Positions 1 through 8,339 of a stretch of DNA of 64,000 nucleotides are shown piece by piece. The position numbers and the translations under genes are program-made. The notes below the pieces were generated by a model that saw nothing but the letters and a program-made list of their open reading frames with translations, ran no database searches and was not told the origin of the DNA. This stretch comes from Mycobacteriales bacterium. GTDB taxonomy: Bacteria > Actinomycetota > Actinomycetes > Mycobacteriales > JACQDL01. The stretch covers positions 49,149-113,148 of the forward strand of contig DATILL010000065.1 of assembly GCA_035476575.1 (NCBI GenBank), written 5' to 3'. Every line of letters starts with the position of its first letter. Positions within the stretch are counted from its first letter, which is position 1.

Positions 1-11
1 CGCTACCCGCG

Positions 12-143
12 TGTGGTGACCACAACGCCATGTGGGCACCTCTTGGGGTCGCCGGGCAACGACAGGTGACCACAACGCCGTGTGGTGACCACACGGGGTG
101 GGGCGAGCCCAACAGGTCACCACACGGCGCAGAGGTGACCACA
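12..143. repeat. Array of palindromic TGTGGT(G/C)ACCACA-type sites. GGTSACCACA cores lie at 15, 65, 84, 115 and 134, as 19-bp doublets on a 50-bp period.
   Basis: Read directly from the sequence. Full 13-bp palindromes lie at 12-24 and 81-93. Half-palindromic cores lie at 65-74, 115-124 and 134-143. The region has no credible coding frame. The same units recur at 44089-44117 and 52925-53003. The array may continue upstream of the window. Confidence 0.7.
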
Positions 144-193
144 AGGGCTTCCGGTACGGCGCCTGATGGGTCGGCCAGGCTAGGTTATGCCCC

Positions 194-877
194 GTGCATC
201 CGATCCCCGGGCTGGCTGGTGCGGCCCTCGGCGTTCTGCTCGGGCCGTTTCTGGCCGGGCTGACGGTTCGGGTGCCGGCTGCCGAGTCGTGTTTCCCGGC
301 TGGCTGGTGGCAGGGCGCGGGCACCGGCCCACGGCGTCGGGCAGCGCTGGCCCTCGGCGCGGCGCTGGCGCTCGGGCTGGTCGCGGCCGGCGTCGGCTTC
401 TCCGCCGGGCTGCCGGCGTACCTGTGGTTCGGGGCGGCCGGGGCCGTGCTGGTGGTCACCGACCTCGAGCACTACCGGCTGCCCAACCGGATCACCTACC
501 CGACCTGCGTGGCCGGTCTGGCCCTGCTCGGCGGCGCGGCCGTGGTCCGGCGGGACGGCGCGGCGTACGGGCGGGCGCTCATCGCGATGGTCGTTCTGCT
601 GGCGGCGTTCCTTCTGGTGGCGCTCAGCGCCCCGGCCGCGTTCGGGCTGGGCGACGTCAAGCTCGCCGGCCTGCTCGGGCTGTACCTGGGCTGGCTCGGC
701 ACCGGGCACCTGCTGCTCGGCCTGCTCGCCGGCATCGTCGCCGGGGCGCTGCACGCGGTGGGACTGCTGGCCACTCGCCGGACAAGCTGGACGGGCGAGT
801 TCGCCTATGGTCCGGCGCTGATCGTCGGTGCCCTGCTGGCCATCGGGCTCGGTGACCTCGTGCTAGGCCCGCGCTGA
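194..877 (+). CDS. Type IV prepilin peptidase (A24 family), polytopic membrane protein
   Basis: 227-aa hydrophobic ORF. Both catalytic-Asp motifs of A24 peptidases are present (VVTDLEHYRLP and GLGDVKLAG). Confidence 0.8.
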   Translation: MHPIPGLAGAALGVLLGPFLAGLTVRVPAAESCFPAGWWQGAGTGPRRRAALALGAALALGLVAAGVGFSAGLPAYLWFGAAGAVLVVTDLEHYRLPNRITYPTCVAGLALLGGAAVVRRDGAAYGRALIAMVVLLAAFLLVALSAPAAFGLGDVKLAGLLGLYLGWLGTGHLLLGLLAGIVAGALHAVGLLATRRTSWTGEFAYGPALIVGALLAIGLGDLVLGPR

Positions 878-1061
878 GCCGGACATACCGATCCCACGAT
901 CCCAGCTCGCGTTGGCGCTCGCGGGTCCTGTTGAGAGGTCTCTCCGCGGACGCCGACTGCCCGTTCGGAGGACACTGGGTGGTGACTGGGCGCCGTTCGG
1001 CTGGGCCGGCGGTGATCAGCCAACGTTCGCCCAAGCGACCTGGCAGCCACCGGAGGTGATC

Positions 1062-1840
1062 ATGTCGCACCCACGCGGGAGCGACCCCACCGGCACGGAA
1101 GAGCCCGGCAGCCCGCCGGCACGACGTACCGAAACCGGGCTTGAGCGGTCGCCGCGCGGCGGTCGCGACCATCCGGAATGGCCGCCGACGAGCCTGCTCG
1201 GCCGGTTGTCAGAACCGGCCCGCACCGCGCTGCTCAATCTGGGTACCGCGGTAACGTTTCCTCGCGGCAGGCGGATTCTGCGCCAAGGCGCGGCGGGCAC
1301 GAATGCGTACCTGCTGCTGGCCGGGTGTGTAAAGGTGACCGGGAATGGCGGCGACCGGGAGCCGCTGCTCGCGGTCCGGGTAGGCGGTGACCTGGTCGGC
1401 GAGATGTCCGTGCTCTCGGGAAGACCCGCTCGGCGACGGTGTCGACGTGCGTGGCCACCTCGGTGCGGGTGATTCCGGGCGCCGTGTTGCGCGGGTTCTT
1501 CCTCGGTTACCCTGACGCGGCGCTGGAGCTGGCGTGCATGATCAGCGAGCGGCTGCGGTGGGCGAACGAGCGGCGGGTCGACTTCGCCGCCCTCGATGCC
1601 AGGACGCGGGTTGTCCGCGCCCTGCTCGCGCTGGCCGAAACGTATGGTCGGGACACCGCTGGGGGCCTGGATCTCGGCGTGTCGCTGACGCAGGAGGAGA
1701 TCGCCTCGCTGGCGGGGGTGCGGCTGCCCACCGCCGAGAAGATCCTTCGCGCGCTGCAGAGCGCTGGGGTGGTGCGGCTTGGGTACCGCAGAATTGTCGT
1801 CACCGACCTGACCGCGTTGCACGCCGTCGAGGCTCATTGA
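1062..1840 (+). pseudogene. Crp/Fnr-family cNMP-binding transcriptional regulator, frameshifted
   Basis: ATG 1062 is preceded by GGAGG. The phosphate-binding cassette GEMSVLSGRP/RSATV is split between ORFs 912-1472 and 1439-1840. One extra C in the CCC run at 1435-1437 would restore the frame. A C-terminal Crp-type HTH is present (LTQEEIASLAGVRLPTAEKILR). Confidence 0.75.
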
Positions 1841-2012
1841 CGGCAAACCCGTATCGGTAGTGGTTCTGAAGATTGCGCTGGCGGCAACCTATAGTGGCAG
1901 CGGTGCTGGAGGGTTACTCTCGGCGTCTGGCTCATGAGATTTCCCAAGATCACGCTCTTCGGCCGGAGGGGTCCGCTGCCATGACCGGGACTGGTTCTTT
2001 CGCGCGCTACCT

Positions 2013-2750
2013 GTGTCTCTCGGTGGACGTACAGGGTATGGCTGCGGCAACGATCGAGTGCAGTCGGCTGTTCAGGATGAGCTGCTGAGCCTGCTGGCGA
2101 CCGCGGCGCGGGCCGCCGGGCTGGCCCGCGAGTCGTGGGTTCGGCAGGGCAGCGGGGACGGCGAGCTGGCGATAATTCCGCCCGGTGAGTCCGAGCCCGC
2201 CGTGGTGGACGGCTTTGTCGGTGAGCTGGCGGGGTTGCTGTATCGCCGTAACCGCGACAGGGCTCCGGCCGACCGCCTGCTGCTGCGGCTGGCCGTCGAC
2301 CATGGCCTGGCGGGGCCGACGTCCAACGGGTTCTCCGGCCGGCCTGTGCTCGCGGTCAGCCGCCTGGTCAACGCCGCCGTGGTCAAGCAGGCCTTGGTGG
2401 CCGCAGCGGACGCCAGCCTGGCGGTGATCGTGTCGCAGCAGGTCTACACCGACCTGATCATCAGCGGCCACACCAGCCTGGAGCCCAGCTTGTTCCGCCG
2501 GGTGCGGGTGCGGGAGAAGGAGCTCGACGAGCACGCGTGGCTGCGGGTGCCCGGCGTCGACGTACACCGGCTTGTCCTCACCCCCGATCCGGCGGCGCCG
2601 GACGGTGGCCCGCCAGACGCTGACCTCAGCCCGCGCGCCCCCGGCGCCGAGGAGGACCGCGGCCCCGCCCCCCGGGTGACCGCCGAGCACAGCAACGTCG
2701 CGATGGGCGACGGCAACGTCGTCGGCACCGGCAACGTCGTACGGCGGTGA
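2013..2750 (+). CDS. Cyclase-fold-like protein (possible class III nucleotidyl-cyclase homology domain) with a C-terminal G/N/V-rich motif; its 5' end is probably frameshifted
   Basis: The motif order YLCLSVDVQG(Y)G .. GDGELAI .. LRLAVDHG .. GFSG .. SRLVNAA .. LAVIVS matches the cyclase homology fold by eye only. The best start is ATG 1981 (RBS GGAGGGG). It encodes MTGTGSFARYLCLSVDVQG in another frame. That frame joins this ORF only if 1 nt is added in the GGG run at 2034-2036. The stop overlaps the next gene's start (GTGA at 2747-2750). Confidence 0.55.
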   Translation: MSLGGRTGYGCGNDRVQSAVQDELLSLLATAARAAGLARESWVRQGSGDGELAIIPPGESEPAVVDGFVGELAGLLYRRNRDRAPADRLLLRLAVDHGLAGPTSNGFSGRPVLAVSRLVNAAVVKQALVAAADASLAVIVSQQVYTDLIISGHTSLEPSLFRRVRVREKELDEHAWLRVPGVDVHRLVLTPDPAAPDGGPPDADLSPRAPGAEEDRGPAPRVTAEHSNVAMGDGNVVGTGNVVRR

Positions 2751-5700
2751 CCGGTCCGCGGGGGAGCGATCCCGGCCCGGCGTCCAGCCTGGTGATCAGC
2801 GGCAGCCAGGTCGCGGTGGGCGACCGCAACGTCGTGGGCGACGGCAACGTCGTCGTGGACAGGTTCGTCTTCGAGGGATGGGCACACGTCTCCGAGCCCA
2901 CGACCCGGGACGAGGCCGCCGGCATGCTGCTGTGCCCGCCGCCGCGGCCAGCGAGCGATGCGCTGCCGGGCGGGTGGTTACGGCCGGAGGCGGGGGTCAT
3001 CACGCCGTGGCGCCGCCCTGAGGCCGAGGATCTGGTCCAGTGGTGCGTGGGCAAGCCGACCGGGCTGCTGCGGCTGGTGCACGGGCTGGGCGGGCAGGGA
3101 AAGACGCAGCTTGCCGGGCAGGTCTGTGCCGAGCTGCGGCAACGCGGCTGGCTCGCCGGGTTCGTCGAGCTGCCCGCGCCAGGCGGCGGCGAGGTCCCGG
3201 CCGTCGGCCGCGGTGCGGGCCTGCCGATCTCAGCCTGGTCGCACCGGCAGTCAGAGATCATGACGGCGGTCCGGGCGCTGCCGAAGCTCGGCGTGTCCGC
3301 ACTGCTGGTGGTGGACTACGCCGAGAACCACGCCGCCGCGGTCGGCATGCTGCTGCGGGAGGCGGTACGGGCCGCGACCGCGCCGACCGCATCGACTCCA
3401 CCGCGGATCCTGCTGCTCAGCCGCGGTGAGGTGGACTGGCTGGACGACCATCCGTGCCGGGGCTGGGTCCATCCGGAGCCGATCCTGCTGGGACCGCTGC
3501 CGGGCTCGTTGTGGGAGGCGGGCGGGGAGTTCGCCGAGCTCGACGCGGCAGAGGTGGTCGCGCAGGTCTGGACCAAGGCGGTCACCCAGTTTGCTGCCCA
3601 TGTGGAGAGCGGCCCGCTCACGACCACGGCGGAGCCTGGGGCGCTTGCCGCGGCGGCACTGGCGACCGGCACGCCGACCAGCTTCCTGACCACGTTGGAC
3701 CTGTACGCCGACGCGCTGCTGCGTGTCCTTGACCGTGCGCAGCAGCTCGCCGGCCCCGCCGAGGCTGGCGCGTCCAGGCCCGGTGGCGACCCGATCAGCG
3801 GGATCCTGGCTCACGAACGGCGGGTCGTCGCGCAGGCGTTCGCGGCGGCTGGGGTGGACCTCGACGGGTACGAGCGTGACCGGGCGGTCTGCGTGGCCTT
3901 CCTGCGGCCGGCCGCTGACAGCACCTCTGCCGCGGATGCGCTGGCCACGTTGCCGGGGCTGCGCGCCTTGCCTGCCGGCCAGCGTGACCGGGTGGTCGGC
4001 GTGCTGGCCAGGTTGTTCCCGTCGGACGGCGGCGAGAACGTGTGGGAGGCGCCGAGGCCGGACCGGCTCACCGACACCCACCTGCTGCGCGTGGCCCAGG
4101 CAGCGCGGTCCGGCAAGGACTTCGACGACTACGTGGTGGCGGTCTGCGGCGGCGATGACCGGCAGCTCGCCGGCCACACGGCCCGGACCCTCCTCCGCGC
4201 CCTGTCCACGCCGGGGGCGGCCGTGTGGTACCCGGTTGGGCTGCGGCGGGTCGAGGGCTCGATCACCGCCCTGGCCCGCGCTCACCCCGGTGGGTACGTC
4301 CCGGCGCTGGTCGCGCTGGACCCCGTCCGGTTCGAAGACGAGATCCTGGACACGCTCGACGTACGGCGTACGGCGGCGGGGAGCCAGCCGCTGCCCATCG
4401 AGCCGGTGGAGGACATCGACTCCGAGCTGCGCCGGATCGGGGCCACGACCTCCCGGCTGCGGATCGCGGTCGCGGTGTCCCGGCGCCTGGTCGAGGCCAC
4501 CCGCCCGGCGGGCACCGCCGAGGACGACCCGGTGGAGGTCGCCCGGCACGCCGACCAACTGGTCGGGCTGAGCCGGCGGCTGGCCGAGGCGGGCTCGCTC
4601 GGTGAGGCGGTCGGCCCGGCGCGGGAGGCGGTCAAGTGGTACCGCCCGCTCTTCGACGGCGACCCCGAGACATACCGCCAGGCTCTGGCGGCGGCGGTGA
4701 CCAACCTGGGCAGCCGGCTGGCCGACGACGGCGCGCCGGCTGCCGCGCTGGCCGCGGCCGAGGAGGCCGTGACGTTGCGCCGGGAGCTGGCCGAGACCGG
4801 CAGCCACGAGCATCAGGTCGACCTGGCCTCGGCGCTGCACAACCTCGGCCTGCGGCTGTGGGACGCCGAGGAGGTCGACCGCGCCGTCGCCCCGGCCGGG
4901 GAGGCAGTCACGCTGCTGCGCGCGCTGGCCGCGGCCGACCCGGCTGAGCAAGCCCGGCTGGCAGTCGTACTGACCAGCCTGGCCCAGATCCACGCGGCCA
5001 CCGGGTCGCCAGTCCAGGCCGTGGCGGCGGCGCGGGAGGCTGTTGCGATCATGCGGCGGCTGGCCGAGGCCAACCCCGACGGCTACCTCCCCGGGCTGGC
5101 CGCGGCGCTGGTTGCCCTGTCCGCGCACCTGAGCCCGCCCGCCGGTCGACCGAGGATGTCCAGGCCCGTCCGGGAGGCGGTCCGGCTGGCCGCCGAAGCC
5201 GTCGAGACCTGCCGCCAGCTCGCCGTCGTCAACCCGCTTGCCTACGAGCCCGACCTCGCCGCCGCCCTGACCAACCTCGGCCTGCGATACGCCACCGCGG
5301 GGCAGGCCACGGAGGCGGTCACCGCCACCGAGCAGGCGGTCGACATCCGTCGGCGGCTGGCCGGGCACGACTCGAACCGCCACCGCGCCGACCTGGCCGC
5401 GTCGCTGAGCAACGTCGCCCTGCAGGTGGGCTCGACCCGGCGCCGCGCCGACGCGCTGGCGCCGGCACGCGAGGCGGTGGAGGTCTACGGGCAGCTCCAG
5501 GAGGAGCTTCCCTCGGCCCGCTCAGATCTCGCCGCGGCCCTGACCAACCTCGGCTACCTGTTGGCCGCCACGGGGCGAGACGATGAGGCGATCGCACCGA
5601 CCGCCCAGGCCGTCGCTACGTACCAGCAGCTCCTCGCCGACCAGCCCCAGCTTGTGCAGCGCATCTACCTCGCCGAGGCTCAGTACAACCTTGGCCTGCA

Positions 5701-8005
5701 CTACACCCATACTCGACACCCCCAGGACGCCGTCGAGGCGCTGACCGCCGCCGTCGACGGCTACCGCCAGATCGCCGAGACACACCCGCACGCCGTCCAT
5801 GCCGGCCTGCGCGCGGCCACCGCGGCACTCGACCACGCCCAGGCGCCCGGCACCGGCGCAACCGCCCACCCGGACCGCGCCCGAACGCAGGTCCGCTACG
5901 CCCGCCGCTGGCACGAAGAGGCCATCCGCTACCCGCTGCCCGGCATCATCATCGTTCTCGGCTGGCGGACCGACCTGGCCGCGCGCCAGCCCCGCCAGCG
6001 CACGGTCCGCGACGATCTCGTCGCGCTGGTCTTCGATCGCAAGCGTGCCGCCACAGCCGCCGAGGCCACCAGCACTGAAGAAGCCGCCACCGGCGTACCG
6101 GCCGCGCCGGCCAGCGCAGCCACCGGGGCGCTGTCCGGCATCGCCAACCGCGTCTCCCAGCTCACCGGAACCCTGACGGCCCGCGTCGCCAGCTCTCGCC
6201 TCCTGTCCCCACTGGTTGCCAACAGCAACATCACCCAGCTTGGCAAGGTCGTCGGCCTCGCCACCGCCCTCACCGCCCTGGTCGCCGGCGTCATCGTCGT
6301 GGCACCCGGCCACCATCCGGCGCCCGCGCCATCCACCGACGTGGCCCAGTCGACCCCAAATCCCACCTTCCCCCCCGGCCCGGGTCAGACCGGCGGGCCG
6401 CTCGTCCCCGGCTCTACGTCGAGCAACGGCTCCACGTCTGGGACCGGCTCTACGTCGAGCAACGGCCCTGGTGTTACGTCGAGCAATGGGGCCGGCTCCA
6501 GCCCCTCAAGCGGCTCTAGCGTTTCAAACCCCGATATTATTAATACACCCTGCGGGCAGAACCAGCACGCCGTTGCCGTTCCCCATGACCCTAGTCCGGC
6601 GACGATGTCCCTATCGAACCCGAACGTCGTGTCGCCCTCGAACCACGGCGTCTCGACGTGGGCAATGTCCCGCGTTGCTCGTATGGAAGCTGTCAGTTTG
6701 ACTGCCCCGACATTCGCCATCCGCATCGACGCCACGCGTCTAGTCTACCGACGCTTCTTCATCCCTGGGGTGACCTCCCACGTGTGGGTGGATTCCCGAT
6801 TGGTACAAACATTACAGCTTGCGCCCGGCTCATATCCGTTCCAGTTTGCTTCTGGCTACTTCGCCGACTTCAGGTTCACGGTGACCCAGGCTGGAAAGAT
6901 CGACTACGACTCCCGTTTCAATAGTTTCCTGTCCGGAACGGGTACCTCCACACTCACTATCTCGGGCTTCTTGGTGACCCTGGATGCCCGTCATCTGTCG
7001 GGCCTTGGCGTCCTGCTCGCTCACATGCCAGCCCAGGGCTGGATCACCTACACGCAGGTTCGCATGGTTCCCGCCTCGCACTACGATGTGCAGAGCCCAG
7101 GTGGCATCGCGAGCTTTTCATTCAAGCTGGGACTCGACGGGCGGTTCTCGTACGGCTCTTCTCTGGACGTGAGAAGCGGTGGAGTCCTTAAAGGAAACGG
7201 GACCTCCTCGTTGGAAATCGTCGGTTATCCTATCCGTATCGACGCCTCACGCCTATCTTATCGGTACTTCCTTATCCCTAACATAACGCTCAAATTCATA
7301 GACGCTCAGACGATACCCACCCTGCAGGTCCTGCCAGGCTCATACGCGTTTCAGTTTGCTTCCGGCTACTTCGCCGACTTCAGGTTCACGGTGACCCAGG
7401 CCGGACTGATTGACTACGACTCCCGCTTCGCGGGTTTCCTCAGTGCGTATAGGTCCACACTTACTGTCACCGGCTTATCGGTGACCCTGGACGCTCGGCG
7501 CCTGTCGGGCCTTGGCATTCTGCTCGCTCACATGCCAGCCCAGGGCTGGATCACCTACGAGCAGGTTCGCATGCTCCCCGCCTCGCACTACTCTGTCCAG
7601 CAAGGCTCGGGCGAGGTCACGAGCTTTATCTTCAAGTTGGGGCTTGATGGAAGGTTCTCGTACGACTCTTCTCTGGACGCCAACAGCGGCGGGTTCCTCA
7701 AAGGAAACGGAACCTCCACCCTAGAATTTCTCGGCTACCCGCTATGTGTTGACGCACGGTCCGCCGGAGGAGCAGGGGTCACCGTCGAGCCAATCCGGGG
7801 AATGCCGTTCAGTACCACGCACGTCCAGCTTGCCTACCTGCTCCCTGCGCCGTACTTCAGACTCAGGTTCAATCCTGGCCATGCTCCGTTCTCCCTCGCA
7901 CCGAATGGCACCTTCAGCTTCGATAGCGCTCTGTCACCCTACTTGCGTCTGGAGAAGCGCGGCGGCATAACTGTGCTCACGGTTCTCGCGCCACCCCCTG
8001 CTTGA
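2747..8005 (+). CDS. NLR-like STAND NTPase (P-loop NOD) with TPR array, one TM helix, Ser/Gly/Thr linker and C-terminal tandem beta-rich repeats (1752 aa)
   Basis: The N-terminal motif SQVAVGDRNVVGDGNVV spans 2804-2854. Walker A is GLGGQGKTQLAG (about 3085-3110) and Walker B-like is LLVVDYAEN. About ten TPR_10/12-like units carry a recurring AAALTNLG..L...GR..EA pattern (about 4500-5800). A hydrophobic helix LGKVVGLATALTALVAGVIVVAP lies at about 6240-6305. An S/G/T-rich linker spans 6400-6530, and five roughly 85-aa repeat units run from 6712 to 8005. Confidence 0.85.
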   Translation: MTGPRGSDPGPASSLVISGSQVAVGDRNVVGDGNVVVDRFVFEGWAHVSEPTTRDEAAGMLLCPPPRPASDALPGGWLRPEAGVITPWRRPEAEDLVQWCVGKPTGLLRLVHGLGGQGKTQLAGQVCAELRQRGWLAGFVELPAPGGGEVPAVGRGAGLPISAWSHRQSEIMTAVRALPKLGVSALLVVDYAENHAAAVGMLLREAVRAATAPTASTPPRILLLSRGEVDWLDDHPCRGWVHPEPILLGPLPGSLWEAGGEFAELDAAEVVAQVWTKAVTQFAAHVESGPLTTTAEPGALAAAALATGTPTSFLTTLDLYADALLRVLDRAQQLAGPAEAGASRPGGDPISGILAHERRVVAQAFAAAGVDLDGYERDRAVCVAFLRPAADSTSAADALATLPGLRALPAGQRDRVVGVLARLFPSDGGENVWEAPRPDRLTDTHLLRVAQAARSGKDFDDYVVAVCGGDDRQLAGHTARTLLRALSTPGAAVWYPVGLRRVEGSITALARAHPGGYVPALVALDPVRFEDEILDTLDVRRTAAGSQPLPIEPVEDIDSELRRIGATTSRLRIAVAVSRRLVEATRPAGTAEDDPVEVARHADQLVGLSRRLAEAGSLGEAVGPAREAVKWYRPLFDGDPETYRQALAAAVTNLGSRLADDGAPAAALAAAEEAVTLRRELAETGSHEHQVDLASALHNLGLRLWDAEEVDRAVAPAGEAVTLLRALAAADPAEQARLAVVLTSLAQIHAATGSPVQAVAAAREAVAIMRRLAEANPDGYLPGLAAALVALSAHLSPPAGRPRMSRPVREAVRLAAEAVETCRQLAVVNPLAYEPDLAAALTNLGLRYATAGQATEAVTATEQAVDIRRRLAGHDSNRHRADLAASLSNVALQVGSTRRRADALAPAREAVEVYGQLQEELPSARSDLAAALTNLGYLLAATGRDDEAIAPTAQAVATYQQLLADQPQLVQRIYLAEAQYNLGLHYTHTRHPQDAVEALTAAVDGYRQIAETHPHAVHAGLRAATAALDHAQAPGTGATAHPDRARTQVRYARRWHEEAIRYPLPGIIIVLGWRTDLAARQPRQRTVRDDLVALVFDRKRAATAAEATSTEEAATGVPAAPASAATGALSGIANRVSQLTGTLTARVASSRLLSPLVANSNITQLGKVVGLATALTALVAGVIVVAPGHHPAPAPSTDVAQSTPNPTFPPGPGQTGGPLVPGSTSSNGSTSGTGSTSSNGPGVTSSNGAGSSPSSGSSVSNPDIINTPCGQNQHAVAVPHDPSPATMSLSNPNVVSPSNHGVSTWAMSRVARMEAVSLTAPTFAIRIDATRLVYRRFFIPGVTSHVWVDSRLVQTLQLAPGSYPFQFASGYFADFRFTVTQAGKIDYDSRFNSFLSGTGTSTLTISGFLVTLDARHLSGLGVLLAHMPAQGWITYTQVRMVPASHYDVQSPGGIASFSFKLGLDGRFSYGSSLDVRSGGVLKGNGTSSLEIVGYPIRIDASRLSYRYFLIPNITLKFIDAQTIPTLQVLPGSYAFQFASGYFADFRFTVTQAGLIDYDSRFAGFLSAYRSTLTVTGLSVTLDARRLSGLGILLAHMPAQGWITYEQVRMLPASHYSVQQGSGEVTSFIFKLGLDGRFSYDSSLDANSGGFLKGNGTSTLEFLGYPLCVDARSAGGAGVTVEPIRGMPFSTTHVQLAYLLPAPYFRLRFNPGHAPFSLAPNGTFSFDSALSPYLRLEKRGGITVLTVLAPPPA
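6712..7745 (+). repeat. Intragenic tandem duplication (about 510 bp / 170 aa, two copies, each made of two roughly 85-aa sub-units; a fifth divergent unit follows to 8005)
   Basis: The string cagtttgcttc(t/c)ggctacttcgccgacttcaggttcacggtgacccagg occurs at 6842 and at 7352, an offset of 510. The protein blocks FAIRIDATRL..TLTISG/FLVTLDARHLSG..SLEIVG repeat as YPIRIDASRL..TLTVTG/LSVTLDARRLSG..TLEFLG. The region is visibly AT-richer than its surroundings. Confidence 0.9.
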
Positions 8006-8339
8006 CCCAGGCCGGTCCAACTCTCAGCCCCGATTCTGCGGTAGCGTCAAAGTTAGTATTCGCATTATTAGATAATCTCGCGGCGAGGTTAGCTCTATGT
8101 GGCAAGTCAGATCCCGCTGGTGGCGAGTTCGGGTGTTCCGGGTGCGCGGTATCTGTGGGGGAGTGATGGTCAAGGCACGGTGGCAGGCACCCCGCGGATC
8201 AACAGCCGGATCCGCAGACCCGCAGTTCGAGCAGTAGGAAGCTGCCGGTTCATTCATTGGAGCTGGCTGCGACGTGGTAACTTCGTCGGCGGTCCCTCTA
8301 AACCGGCCAGGAGCTGTGCGCCAGACCCCACTATGTGGT

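Noticed and set aside
12-143. The repeat arrays (also 52925-53003, 62769-62819 and 28719-28763), considered as CRISPR arrays.
   Set aside because: The repeat units are 10-19 bp with 5-30 bp between them and no unique spacers of 30-40 bp. No cas genes are present.
8024-8257. A 77-aa minus-strand ORF with a CxxC (YCSNCGS) in the AT-rich gap between the NLR gene and the methyltransferase gene.
   Set aside because: It has no RBS and poor codon bias. It ends in an AT-rich stretch translating to implausible sequence. The region more likely holds convergent terminators. A possible 5-bp hairpin (AGACC..GGTCT) at 8322-8340 was too weak to call.
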